From assembly GCA_043827405.1 (NCBI GenBank), contig JBDRPD010000053.1, positions 64,001-128,000 of the forward strand: a stretch of DNA of 64,000 nt. The letters are read 5' to 3'. Numbering within the stretch: position 1 is the stretch's first letter; every line of letters begins with the position of its first letter. Positions 10,286 to 19,615 of this stretch are shown one piece after another. Position numbers and translations under genes: made by a program. Origin of the DNA: Elusimicrobiota bacterium (lineage in GTDB: Bacteria > Elusimicrobiota > Elusimicrobia > UBA1565). A model generated the notes under the pieces. The model made no database searches, was not told where the DNA came from, and saw only the letters and a program-made list of their open reading frames with translations.

Positions 10286-11017
10286 TCAAGCGGTCTTTTT
10301 CGCCGTCTTTTTCAGCTCACGGTCCCAGTGCTTGTTGGCGTTGCGGATATAGACATCGTGCGCGATGAGCGGCTTCTCGAGCACGGCGCGGGTCGGCTCG
10401 GAGATCGCGCCGTTTTCGACGACTTCCCGTCCCGCCGCCCGCACGGCCTTCATGTAGCCGCGCAGCATGAACCGCAGCATCGCCGACTCCACCCTGAGGA
10501 GCTCGCCCTCCCCGCGGTAGATCTCGGCGATGACCTCCGAGTGCATATTGCGCGCGATCCGCCGGAACAGCAGCTTCAGCACCTGGAAATGACTCTGCTC
10601 GGGGAAGCCGCAGTTGGAGATGACGACGATCTTCGGCACGCCGACGGCCTTGACGTGCCGGTACTCGCCCGCCGAATCCTTCGCAAAATGAGGATCAATG
10701 AGCGGCACCATCCGGTCCATGAAATTCTTCATCAGGCCCGAGACGTTGTCGACGTAGAGCGGCGTCGCGAAGACTACGATGTCGCTGTGCGCGAACCGGG
10801 GCAGCAGCTCGGCCATATCGTCCGGCATCGCGCATTTGCCGGGAGTTCGCGTCCAACACTTGAAGCAGCCGCGGCAGTGCTTGATCTTCTTCTCCGCGAG
10901 CAGGACATTCTCGACTTCGGCGCCGGCCGCGGCGGCGCCGCCGAGGAACGCCTCCACGAGAATATGGGTATTCCCCTTGCTTGCGCGCGCGCTGCCGTTG
11001 AAGGCCGTGATTTTCAT
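10286..11017 (-). CDS. Iron-sulfur flavoprotein / NADPH-dependent FMN reductase-like flavodoxin
   Basis: NGSAR..GNT, CRGCFKCWTRTPGKC (CX2CX2CX7C), ATPLY, MKNFMDR. Confidence 0.85.
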   Translation of the reverse strand: MKITAFNGSARASKGNTHILVEAFLGGAAAAGAEVENVLLAEKKIKHCRGCFKCWTRTPGKCAMPDDMAELLPRFAHSDIVVFATPLYVDNVSGLMKNFMDRMVPLIDPHFAKDSAGEYRHVKAVGVPKIVVISNCGFPEQSHFQVLKLLFRRIARNMHSEVIAEIYRGEGELLRVESAMLRFMLRGYMKAVRAAGREVVENGAISEPTRAVLEKPLIAHDVYIRNANKHWDRELKKTAKKTA

Positions 11018-12411
11018 TCGGCGAGCACCCCCGCTTTCTTAAGGGCCGCATAGACGTTCTGCGCCAGGAGCTGGTTGCCCACGGGTTTGAGGTGGTCGTC
11101 GTCTTCCATGTACTTCGTGCGCGGCTCCTTGGCGAAGAGCTCGGAATAGAACTTCTCATTGTCGATGAGCGGCAGATCGTATTTCTTCGCGACCTGCGCG
11201 ATAATCCGGTTCGCGCTCTTGTAGGTCACCGGATAGTTCTGCACCACGACCTTGACGTTCTTCTCCCGGCTCATGCGCACGATCTCGTCCCAGGTCTCGA
11301 GCCGCTTGCGGTCGACGTAGCGGTCCATCTCCTCGCGGTCGAGCAGGATCTTGCGAAAATGGCGAAAGTACTCGTTGTGCGCCAGCTGCGGGTGCTTCTT
11401 CTCGGACTCCCGCAGCACCTTGAGGACATCGTCCGCCGTATAACGGCTCTGGACCCGGTAGGCCTGGGTGAAGTGGTAGTTCGCCGAGTTGAAGTAGTCG
11501 TTCCAGAAATCCTCGGGGAAGGTCTGCGCGATATCGAGCAGCAGCGCGAAAAGGTCGTCGTAGCGGTGCTGCAGCTGGTAGAACCGGCCGGCGTAATCGG
11601 TCAGCAGGTCGGTAAAATCGCCGATGACCTCGATGTCGAAATCCGCCTGCTGGATATCATCGGCGAAGGCGGTCTCAATCTTCGCCGCGAGCTCCGGGGC
11701 TAGATTTCTGTGCGGATCCCCGTCCAGGCTTTTTTTGTGCTGCTCGTAGACGTCCAGCAGCAGCTTAAACTTCTCCTCGTTGCTCGCGGGAGCTCCCCCC
11801 GCGTCGATCCCGTGCCGCGCCGCCAGGTTCAGCTTGATGTGCCGGTAGACCTTATAGAGCCGCAGCGTATACAGCCATCCGCGCGGCAGCACGTCGTACC
11901 AGAAGGTATCGTCCTTGAGCTTGCGCTCGCGGATCAGCGGGATATTGAACATGTCGGCGGCGCCGACCAGGATGACGACCGCATCGGGGAGCTGCTCGGG
12001 CGGATTCGTCTCCAGGTAGTGCTTCAGCTTAAGCGCCACCCCGAAGGTGCTGTCTTCGCAGTAGCCGAGATTGTAGACCGCCGTCCACTCTCCGGCGTCG
12101 GCGAAATTCCTGTACAGGTAGTATGGATAGCTGTGGTAGCTCTTGACGTTGCCGCCGTTGGTCAGGCTGTCCCCCAGCGTGAGGATCAGCCGGTCCCGCT
12201 TCGCCTCCGGCCGGTACCGCTCGAAGGTCTCATCGACATGATAGACCCGCTCCTCGAACGGCGGGACGAACTCGCGCTGGCGGGCGGCGGTCACCGCGAA
12301 ACCGGTCAGCCGCAGGCCGGCCTCAAGAACCGCGAGACAAAAGAGGAGGCTCCCGCCGAGTACCGCGAACTTGACGCGCATGGAGTTTCGGTATTTAGCC
12401 AGCTTTCCCAT
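11014..12411 (-). CDS. Membrane-anchored SGNH/GDSL-family protein (paralog 2)
   Basis: TM helix, GDSLTNG, NLGYCEDSTFG, VGAAD, DDDH. Confidence 0.8.
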   Translation of the reverse strand: MGKLAKYRNSMRVKFAVLGGSLLFCLAVLEAGLRLTGFAVTAARQREFVPPFEERVYHVDETFERYRPEAKRDRLILTLGDSLTNGGNVKSYHSYPYYLYRNFADAGEWTAVYNLGYCEDSTFGVALKLKHYLETNPPEQLPDAVVILVGAADMFNIPLIRERKLKDDTFWYDVLPRGWLYTLRLYKVYRHIKLNLAARHGIDAGGAPASNEEKFKLLLDVYEQHKKSLDGDPHRNLAPELAAKIETAFADDIQQADFDIEVIGDFTDLLTDYAGRFYQLQHRYDDLFALLLDIAQTFPEDFWNDYFNSANYHFTQAYRVQSRYTADDVLKVLRESEKKHPQLAHNEYFRHFRKILLDREEMDRYVDRKRLETWDEIVRMSREKNVKVVVQNYPVTYKSANRIIAQVAKKYDLPLIDNEKFYSELFAKEPRTKYMEDDDHLKPVGNQLLAQNVYAALKKAGVLAE

Positions 12412-12420
12412 CGTTAAAGC

Positions 12421-13782
12421 TTATCTTTTTGCGCCCGCGAGCGCCGCGTAGACGCCGCGCGCCAGCTGCTCATAGCCGGCCGGCGTCAGGTGATCGTCGT
12501 CGACCAGGTACGCCTCCCGCCCGTCCTTGGCGATCAGCTCGCCGAACCGCGAGCGGTTGTCGATCAGCGGCAGGCCGTGCTTCTCGGCGACGCGGCCGAT
12601 AATCCGGTTGGCGCTCTTGTAGACCACCGGATAGTTCTGCAGGATCAGCGTGATCTGCTGCTCCCGCGCCAAGCGCGCGATCTCGTCCCAGGCCTCCATC
12701 CGCTTGCGGTCCACGTACTCATTCATCTCCTCGCGGTCCTCGAGCAGCTTCATGAAGTGCTGAAAGTGCTCATTGGCCGCGAGCGCGGGGTGCATATCCT
12801 TTGATTTTACCAGCGCCGCGCGCACCTCTTGCGCCGTAAAGCGGCTCTGCACGCGGTAGGTCTGAATAAGGTTGTAGGATGCGGTATTGTCGGAAACCGC
12901 CAAATCGGGCCAAAAATCCCGCGGCAGGCTGACGGCCATATCCAGCAGCAGCGCGAAGAACTCGTCGTACCTGTGGCGCACCGTATACACGCGGCCCGCG
13001 TAATTGGACATCATCTCCAAAAAATCCGGAACGCTCTCGAAGTCGAAGTCGCCATGCTGGACGTCGCCGCCGAAAGCCGCCCGCAGTTCCCGCGCCGACG
13101 CGGGGGCCAGCGGTCCGCCGTGCTTAAGCTGCTCGAACACCTTGCGCAGCAGCGCCAGCTTCTCCTCGTTGGTCTTGCGGTCCGCACCCGGAACGGAACG
13201 GGGCGTCGCGAGGCTTAGACGAATATGCCGGTAGACTTTATAGAGCCGCAGCGAATACCAGCCGCCGCCGGGCGGAACGTCGTGCCAGAAGGCGTCGTCC
13301 CGAAGCCGGCGGGCGCGCAGCAGCGGGATATTGAACAGGTCCGCGGCGCCGACCAGGATGACGATCGCGTCGGGCTTGCGCTCGGGCCCGGCCGTGCGCA
13401 GGTAGTTCTTCAGCTTCAATGCCACCCCGAAGGTGCTGTCCTCGCAATAGCCGAGGTTGTAAACCGCGGCGCGGCGCCCCGCGTCGGCGAAGCTCTGGTA
13501 AAGGTAGTACGGATAGCTCTGGCGGCTGCGCACATTGCCGCCGTTGGTCAGAGAGTCGCCGAAGGTCAGCACCAGATAATCCCCCTCGCGGCGCGGATTA
13601 AAGCGCTCGAAGGAATCGTCGTGGTGCAGCCCCTCGTCGGGCAGGAACTCCCGCTGCCGCGAGGACGTGACGGCGAAGCCCGTCAGCCGCAGCCCGAGCT
13701 CGGCGGCCGCGAGGCATAACAGCAGGCTGCCCGTAAAAACCGCGAGCTTGGCTCCGCGCGAGTTGCGGTATTTCTCCATCAT
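12421..13782 (-). CDS. Membrane-anchored SGNH/GDSL-family protein (paralog 3)
   Basis: TM helix, GDSLTNG, NLGYCEDSTFG, VGAAD, DDDH. Confidence 0.8.
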   Translation of the reverse strand: MMEKYRNSRGAKLAVFTGSLLLCLAAAELGLRLTGFAVTSSRQREFLPDEGLHHDDSFERFNPRREGDYLVLTFGDSLTNGGNVRSRQSYPYYLYQSFADAGRRAAVYNLGYCEDSTFGVALKLKNYLRTAGPERKPDAIVILVGAADLFNIPLLRARRLRDDAFWHDVPPGGGWYSLRLYKVYRHIRLSLATPRSVPGADRKTNEEKLALLRKVFEQLKHGGPLAPASARELRAAFGGDVQHGDFDFESVPDFLEMMSNYAGRVYTVRHRYDEFFALLLDMAVSLPRDFWPDLAVSDNTASYNLIQTYRVQSRFTAQEVRAALVKSKDMHPALAANEHFQHFMKLLEDREEMNEYVDRKRMEAWDEIARLAREQQITLILQNYPVVYKSANRIIGRVAEKHGLPLIDNRSRFGELIAKDGREAYLVDDDHLTPAGYEQLARGVYAALAGAKR

Positions 13783-15173
13783 GACGGGAATTTCAACCCC
13801 GCCAGTTTTTCATACACATTGCGCGCCAGCAGCTCATTGCCGAGCGGGGTCAAATGATCGTCGTCTTCGAAGTACTTGGCACGGCCGTCCTTGGCGATCA
13901 GCTCGGCGAAGAACCTTGCGTTGTCGATGAGCGGCAGCTGGTGGCGCTCGGCGACACGCCGTAAAACCTCGTTGGCGCTCTTGTAGGTCACCGGATAATT
14001 CTGCAAAACCACCTGAATGCCCTTCTCCCGGGCCAGCCGCACAATCTCGTCCCATGCCTCCTCGCGCATGCGGTCGACTTGGCGGTCCACCTTATCCCGG
14101 TGGAGCAGGATGCTCTGGAAGTGGCGAAACGAATCATTGCCGCGCAGGTAGGCATGTTCCGCGGCGGACCGTTCGAGAACTTTGAGAATCTCGTCGGCGG
14201 TACGCGCGCTCTGCACCCGGTAGGCCTGCACCAGGTTGTAGTTCGCCGTGTCCTCGTCATTGACGCCGGGCTCCGCCCAGAAATCGCGCGGGAAGGCAAC
14301 GGCGACGTCCAGCAGCAGGCCGAAGAACTTGTCGTAGCGGTGGCTCGCCGTATACACCCGGCCGGCATAGCTGGTCAGCAGATCCAGGAACTCCGCCGTC
14401 CTTGAAAAGTCGAGCGGAGAGTAGCGGAGATCATCGGCGAAGGCCGCCTCGATCTTCTCGACGAGCTCGGGAGCCAACGGCCCTCGCTTCCCCTTATGCC
14501 GCTGGTAGGCATCCAGCAGCACCGCGAGCTTCCGCTCGCTGGCCGTCCGGTCCGCCGGCGCTCCGCCCACGCCGCGCCGAACGCCCAGATTGAGCCGGAT
14601 ATGGCGATAGACCTTGTACAACCGCAGCGCACGCAGCCCCCCTTGGGGCAGCATATCCTGCCAGTAGGTATCGTCGCGAAAATGCCCCTGCTGGATGAGC
14701 GGGATATTAAACATATCCGCGGCGCCGACCAGGAAGACGGCGGCGTCGGGCAGCTCGTCGGCCGGATGCGTCTGGATATAGGCTTTCAGCTTCATCGCCG
14801 AGCCGAATGTGCTGTCTTCGCAGTAGCCCATATTATAGACCGACGTGCGGCGTCCGGCCTGGGCGAAGTTTTTATAGAGGAAGTAGGGGTAGCTGTGGTA
14901 GCTCGCGACATTGCCGCCGTTGGTCAGCGAATCGCCGAGCGCCAGGATCAGCAGCTCGCGCTTGCCGTCCGCACGGTAGCGTTCAAAAGTAACGTCGTCG
15001 TCATCCGCCGCGTCCGCAAACGGCGGGACAAACCGGCGCTGCCGGGAAGCCGTTACCGCATAGCCGGTCAGCCGCAGGCCGGCTTCAACGACGGCGAGGC
15101 AGACAAACAGGCTGGCGCCGAATATCGCGAGCTTGACGCCGAGCGAATTATTGAATTTACCGAGCTGTTTCAT
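13779..15173 (-). CDS. Membrane-anchored SGNH/GDSL-family protein (paralog 4)
   Basis: TM helix, GDSLTNG, NMGYCEDSTFG, VGAAD, DDDH. Confidence 0.8.
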   Translation of the reverse strand: MKQLGKFNNSLGVKLAIFGASLFVCLAVVEAGLRLTGYAVTASRQRRFVPPFADAADDDDVTFERYRADGKRELLILALGDSLTNGGNVASYHSYPYFLYKNFAQAGRRTSVYNMGYCEDSTFGSAMKLKAYIQTHPADELPDAAVFLVGAADMFNIPLIQQGHFRDDTYWQDMLPQGGLRALRLYKVYRHIRLNLGVRRGVGGAPADRTASERKLAVLLDAYQRHKGKRGPLAPELVEKIEAAFADDLRYSPLDFSRTAEFLDLLTSYAGRVYTASHRYDKFFGLLLDVAVAFPRDFWAEPGVNDEDTANYNLVQAYRVQSARTADEILKVLERSAAEHAYLRGNDSFRHFQSILLHRDKVDRQVDRMREEAWDEIVRLAREKGIQVVLQNYPVTYKSANEVLRRVAERHQLPLIDNARFFAELIAKDGRAKYFEDDDHLTPLGNELLARNVYEKLAGLKFPS

Positions 15174-15190
15174 CGGTGAGAGAGTATTTT

Positions 15191-15220
15191 ACTATAGCCC
15201 TCACCGACGGGCCGTGTCAA
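15191..15220 (-). promoter_or_regulatory. Sigma70-type promoter for the SGNH operon
   Basis: Minus strand reads TTGACA (15220-15215), 18 nt spacer, TATAGT (15196-15191), 17 nt upstream of the ATG at 15173. Confidence 0.6.
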
Positions 15221-15229
15221 TGAGGGCTT

Positions 15230-16339
15230 TTAACCGCGGTACTTGGCAAGCAGCTCGCGAACCCGGTCCAGCGGCAGCGCCGGAGCGAGATGGCCGTCGG
15301 CGCCGCGCATGCCGTCGGCCATGCACATCGAGTTGAGGATCGCTTCTTCCGTCGCATCGACCGCCGCGGCATACAGCGGGTCCATGCAGTCGTCGAGCAG
15401 GACCTTCATCCGGTAGAGCATCTTGCGGCTGCTGCGCGGAACCGCATTCGCCGTTGAAAAGCCGACGATAATCTCGCCGGAGCCGTGCGCGGCGAACGAA
15501 CCGGCCCGTCCGATTCCCAGACCGACCCGCTTGGCGATGCGGTTGACCTGGTTGGGCAGCAGCGGCGCGTCGGTGGCGAACACGGCGATAATGCTGCCGT
15601 AGGTGTCCTCGCGATGCGGCTGCTGCGTGAAGTCCGGCTTCAGGGAGCGGCCGACGGGGACGCCGTCCATCCGCAGGTCTTCCATGCGGCCGAAGTTGCT
15701 CATAACCAGGACGCCCAGCACGTAGTTCATGTCCGCGGTCTTGATGCGGCGCGACGACGTACCGATCCCGCCCTTGAAGTCGCAGGTAACCATACCCGTG
15801 CCGCCGCCGACGCTGCCCTCGATGACGCGGCCGCTCTGCGCGCTGTCGATCGCGGCGGCGACGTGGCGGGCATGCACGTGGCGCCCGGCGATATCATTGA
15901 GCCAGGAATCGTCGCACTCGCCCACCACCGGAATAACAACGTCCTCGCGGTTGCCGATCTCGGGATGCTTGCCGATCATGTACTGGACCAGCGCCTCGGA
16001 GCAGCGGCCGACCGAAAGCGTATTGGTCAGCAGGATCGGCGTCTCGATCAGGCCCCATTCCATCACCTGGGTCAGGCCCGATATTTCCCCGGCGCCGTGC
16101 AGGACAAATCCCCCGCCCACAACCCGGTTCATGAACACGTTCCCGGCCATGGGGAGGATGGCCGTCACTCCGGTGCGGACCGGCCCGCGGCCGCGCACTA
16201 GCGGCCCCTCGCCTTCGATGAGGGTCGTATGCCCGACCTGGACGCCGGGCACGTCGGTAATGGCATTGTAGCGGCCGGCCTGGAACGTCCCGATACGGAC
16301 GCCCAGGTCACGCACGCGGCATCTTGATTCGTTATTCAT
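15230..16339 (-). CDS. dmpA: DmpA / P1 family aminopeptidase (peptidase S58)
   Basis: NAITDVPGVQVGH, RTGVTAI, VVGECDD, GSVGGGTGM, KGGIGTSS, GSII autoprocessing site, HGSGE; ATG at 16339 overlaps the upstream TGA. Confidence 0.88.
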   Translation of the reverse strand: MNNESRCRVRDLGVRIGTFQAGRYNAITDVPGVQVGHTTLIEGEGPLVRGRGPVRTGVTAILPMAGNVFMNRVVGGGFVLHGAGEISGLTQVMEWGLIETPILLTNTLSVGRCSEALVQYMIGKHPEIGNREDVVIPVVGECDDSWLNDIAGRHVHARHVAAAIDSAQSGRVIEGSVGGGTGMVTCDFKGGIGTSSRRIKTADMNYVLGVLVMSNFGRMEDLRMDGVPVGRSLKPDFTQQPHREDTYGSIIAVFATDAPLLPNQVNRIAKRVGLGIGRAGSFAAHGSGEIIVGFSTANAVPRSSRKMLYRMKVLLDDCMDPLYAAAVDATEEAILNSMCMADGMRGADGHLAPALPLDRVRELLAKYRG

Positions 16340-18381
16340 CACACCTGCAGCAGCAGCTTCCTTTTTTCTCTGAGCCGGCGGATGGCGGGAGACAGTATCT
16401 CGCCGATCAAAGTCCGATAGTCCATCCCCGCGCCTTCCGCGATCAGGCAGAGATCGGACCAGCCGGGGGTCAGCCCCGGCAGGGGGTTGCACTCCATGAA
16501 GTGCGGACGCCCGTTCGCGTCCAGGCGGAAGTCAAAGCGCGCGACATCGCGGCAGCCCAAGGCGTAGAATCCCTTGCGCGACATCCGCTCGAGCTCATTC
16601 TTGAGCCGGTCATCGATCTGGGCGGGAGCGTCATAGCCGATCTGCGCGTTCACGTTCAGCTTGGTGACGAACGAGTAGATCGGGAACTTCTCATCGGCGT
16701 TGAGGAACTTAACCTCCATCGGCGGCAGAACGCGCGGCCGGCGCTCGCCGAGCAAGGCCACCGTAAACTCCCGCCCGGGCAGGTACTCCTCGGCCAATGC
16801 CGCCTGGCCGTATTTGCCGATGAGATCGGCGGCGATCGCCCGGAGCTCGGCCTCATTGTGGACCACGCTGCGGCTGGCCACGCCCTTCGAGCTTCCTTCG
16901 GCCACCGGCTTGACGACCATGGGGTAGTTCATGTGCGCCGGCACCCGCTCTTTCCCCGTCACCAGCAGCAGAAACGCCGGCGTGCGCAGCCCCTCCTCCC
17001 GCACAATGCGTTTGGCCATGCCTTTGTCCAGGGTCAGCGCCATGGTCGCGGAGTCGGAGCCGGTATGCGGGATATTCAGCAGCTCGAGAAGCGCGGGGAT
17101 CTGGGCTTCCCGGTTGCGGCCGCGTATCCCTTCGGCGACGTTAAACACGACGTCGACATTGGACACCGCGAGCAGGTTCGGCAGCTCCGGCGTGGCCTCG
17201 AGCTCGACGACTTCATGGCCGTAGGACGCGATCGCGTCACTGATGGCGTGAATGGTCTTCGGGGCGTCGAACTCCGCCTCCTGATCCGTGTCGTTGTCCG
17301 CCGTGGGAATCAACCGCTTTACGTTGTAGGTAAAGCCCACACGCAGCTTCTTCGCGCCCGCGCTCCTCGCGGTTCCCGTCCGCAGCGAGAAGCCGTAGCG
17401 CTTGGCGGCGCTGGCCAGGATGGTGTTAAGCACGGCGTCCATGCCGTGCAGTCCGACCGCCTCCGCGGCGAGGTAGATTCCCGCTTCGGGCTCCAGGCTG
17501 GGCAAAGCGTTGGCCTCGATGAAATAGATATCCTCCTGCGGCGTGATCCGGAAGTCGATGCGGCCTAAATCCCGTATCCCGAGCGCCGGGAATATCTGCT
17601 GCGCGTAAGCCAACAGCCGGCGCTGCGTTTCGGGGACGAGATCGTCGAGCACCTGCGGCGCCACCTGCTCGCTGTTATCGTTTTTGAGCTGATAATCGTA
17701 GATCTGCAGGGAGCTGTTCGCTTTTTCCGGCGCCAGCTGGAAAGCATAGCCCACCGGCGGCAGGATGCCTTTGCTGCGCGGCGCCGCCCCTTCCAGAAAG
17801 GCGATCGAGACGTCCCGTCCGGGGATGAACTCCTCGGCCAGAACCCCGGCCGCGTAGCGCTCAAGGCCCTGCGCCGTCCGCTCGCGCAGTTCGGCGGCCG
17901 TATGCACCACCGAGAGCTCCGTGATCCCCTTGGAGCTGCCCTCGAAGTTCGGCTTCACGATCAGCGGGTAGCGCAGCCCGAGACTGACCAGATCGTCCAT
18001 CCGCGTGATGAACTTGGAGCGCGGGACCGGAACGCCCTGGGCCGCCAGGAGGCGCTTGGTCATGTCCTTGTCGAGAGTTATCGTGCAGACATAGGCGTCG
18101 GAGCCCGTAAACGGCAGGCCGAGCTGCTCGAACATCCCCGGGAAGAAGGCCTCGCGGTAGCGCCCCGTCGCCCCCTCGGCGGTATTAAAGACGAGCGACG
18201 GGTTGAGCGCCTCCAACCGCGCGATGGTCCGCGACGGCGGGCCGCCCACCTCGACCAGATCGACCCGGTGCCCGAGCCGCGTCAGGGAATCTTTAATGGC
18301 GTCGACGGTCTCCAGACTGTCGAACTCGGCTTCCTCTTCAATGAGACGCTGCCGGAGGTTGTGGGTGAAGGCGATATTCAT
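16339..18381 (-). CDS. Tandem (two-domain) D-Ala-D-Ala ligase-like ATP-grasp protein
   Basis: Two copies of VFNxAEG..GR.REA, TGSD, LDK, KP..EGSSKG and E.N.LP.L; start M-NIAFTHN at 18381 preferred. Confidence 0.85.
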   Translation of the reverse strand: MNIAFTHNLRQRLIEEEAEFDSLETVDAIKDSLTRLGHRVDLVEVGGPPSRTIARLEALNPSLVFNTAEGATGRYREAFFPGMFEQLGLPFTGSDAYVCTITLDKDMTKRLLAAQGVPVPRSKFITRMDDLVSLGLRYPLIVKPNFEGSSKGITELSVVHTAAELRERTAQGLERYAAGVLAEEFIPGRDVSIAFLEGAAPRSKGILPPVGYAFQLAPEKANSSLQIYDYQLKNDNSEQVAPQVLDDLVPETQRRLLAYAQQIFPALGIRDLGRIDFRITPQEDIYFIEANALPSLEPEAGIYLAAEAVGLHGMDAVLNTILASAAKRYGFSLRTGTARSAGAKKLRVGFTYNVKRLIPTADNDTDQEAEFDAPKTIHAISDAIASYGHEVVELEATPELPNLLAVSNVDVVFNVAEGIRGRNREAQIPALLELLNIPHTGSDSATMALTLDKGMAKRIVREEGLRTPAFLLLVTGKERVPAHMNYPMVVKPVAEGSSKGVASRSVVHNEAELRAIAADLIGKYGQAALAEEYLPGREFTVALLGERRPRVLPPMEVKFLNADEKFPIYSFVTKLNVNAQIGYDAPAQIDDRLKNELERMSRKGFYALGCRDVARFDFRLDANGRPHFMECNPLPGLTPGWSDLCLIAEGAGMDYRTLIGEILSPAIRRLREKRKLLLQV

Positions 18382-18525
18382 CAGGTTGTGTATTGTACTA
18401 CGTGTTGAGCCCAAAATGGTTCCTACCGGGCATTGGCGCCGCGGACGGATATTGACCAACACGGGCGTTTTTGATATCAGAGATACTCCGGACCCTTATC
18501 AACCTAAAACCCTCAACCCAAAACC

Positions 18526-19605
18526 ATGGCCAAAATTGACGCGTTCTTTAAACTGATGTTCGAGCAGGGAGCGTCCGATCTGCACCTGGTCTCAGGACAG
18601 CGGCCGATCGTGCGCCTCAACGGCGAGATGGAACGCATCAAGTACGAAGTGCTCGAAAACGACAAGCTCAAAGACATGCTCTACGAGATCGCCCCCGAGA
18701 TCAAGTGCAAGCAGTTCGAGGAAACCGGCGATGTGGACTTCGGCTACGAGGTCGTGGGCATGGCGCGCTTCCGGGCCAATTTTTTCAATCAGCGCAACGG
18801 CTGCGCGGCGGTGTTCCGGCAGATTCCGAGCAAGGTGCTGACCGCGGAAGATCTGGGCCTGCCGCCGATCCTGCTGCAGGCCGCGATGTACAAGAAGGGC
18901 CTGGTCCTGGTAACCGGCCCGACGGGGAGCGGCAAATCGACGACGCTGGCCGCGATGATGGACCATGCCAACAAGAACCGCCGCGACCACATAATCACCG
19001 TTGAGGATCCTATTGAGTTCGTACACCAGAGCCAGGGATGTCTCGTCAACCAGCGCGAGGTCGGCAGGGATACCCGGTCCTTCGCGTCGGCCCTCAAGGG
19101 CGCCCTGCGCCAGGACCCCGACATTATTCTCGTCGGCGAAATGCGCGACCTCGAGACGATCCGTCTGGCGGTGGAGGCGGCGGCGACGGGACACCTCGTC
19201 TTCGGCACCCTGCATACCATCAGCGCCCCCAAGACCGTGGACCGCGTCATCGAGGTCTTCCCGCACGAGGAGCAAAGCCAGATTCGCAACACCTTGGCGA
19301 CGAGCCTGAAGATGGTCGTGGCCCAGAACCTCTTCCGCCGCATCGACAAGAAGGGCCGATGCTGCGCCCTGGAGATCATGGTATGCACCAGCGCCATCTC
19401 CAACCAAATCCGTGAGAACAAAACCCATCAGATGCAGTCGTCGATCGATACCGGCAAGAAGCAGGGAATGCAGTCTTTGGACTCCGGGATCATGGAGCTC
19501 CTGGACAAGGGCTGGATCAGCGCCGAGGAGGCTTTCGACAAGTGCATCGACAAGGCCAAATTCCTGCCGCGGCTAACGGAGAAGCCGGCCGACTACTTCG
19601 GCTGA
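18526..19605 (+). CDS. pilT: Type IV pilus retraction ATPase PilT
   Basis: ASDLHL, GPTGSGKST, EDPIE, LRQDPD, GEMRD, GHLVFGTLH, AISNQIRE (AIRNLIRE variant). Confidence 0.92.
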   Translation: MAKIDAFFKLMFEQGASDLHLVSGQRPIVRLNGEMERIKYEVLENDKLKDMLYEIAPEIKCKQFEETGDVDFGYEVVGMARFRANFFNQRNGCAAVFRQIPSKVLTAEDLGLPPILLQAAMYKKGLVLVTGPTGSGKSTTLAAMMDHANKNRRDHIITVEDPIEFVHQSQGCLVNQREVGRDTRSFASALKGALRQDPDIILVGEMRDLETIRLAVEAAATGHLVFGTLHTISAPKTVDRVIEVFPHEEQSQIRNTLATSLKMVVAQNLFRRIDKKGRCCALEIMVCTSAISNQIRENKTHQMQSSIDTGKKQGMQSLDSGIMELLDKGWISAEEAFDKCIDKAKFLPRLTEKPADYFG

Positions 19606-19615
19606 GCACCCAACT

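Noticed and set aside
16339..18381. Housekeeping ddl or van-type resistance ligase
   Set aside because: Two-domain architecture, non-canonical N-terminus, and no dcw or vanHX context.
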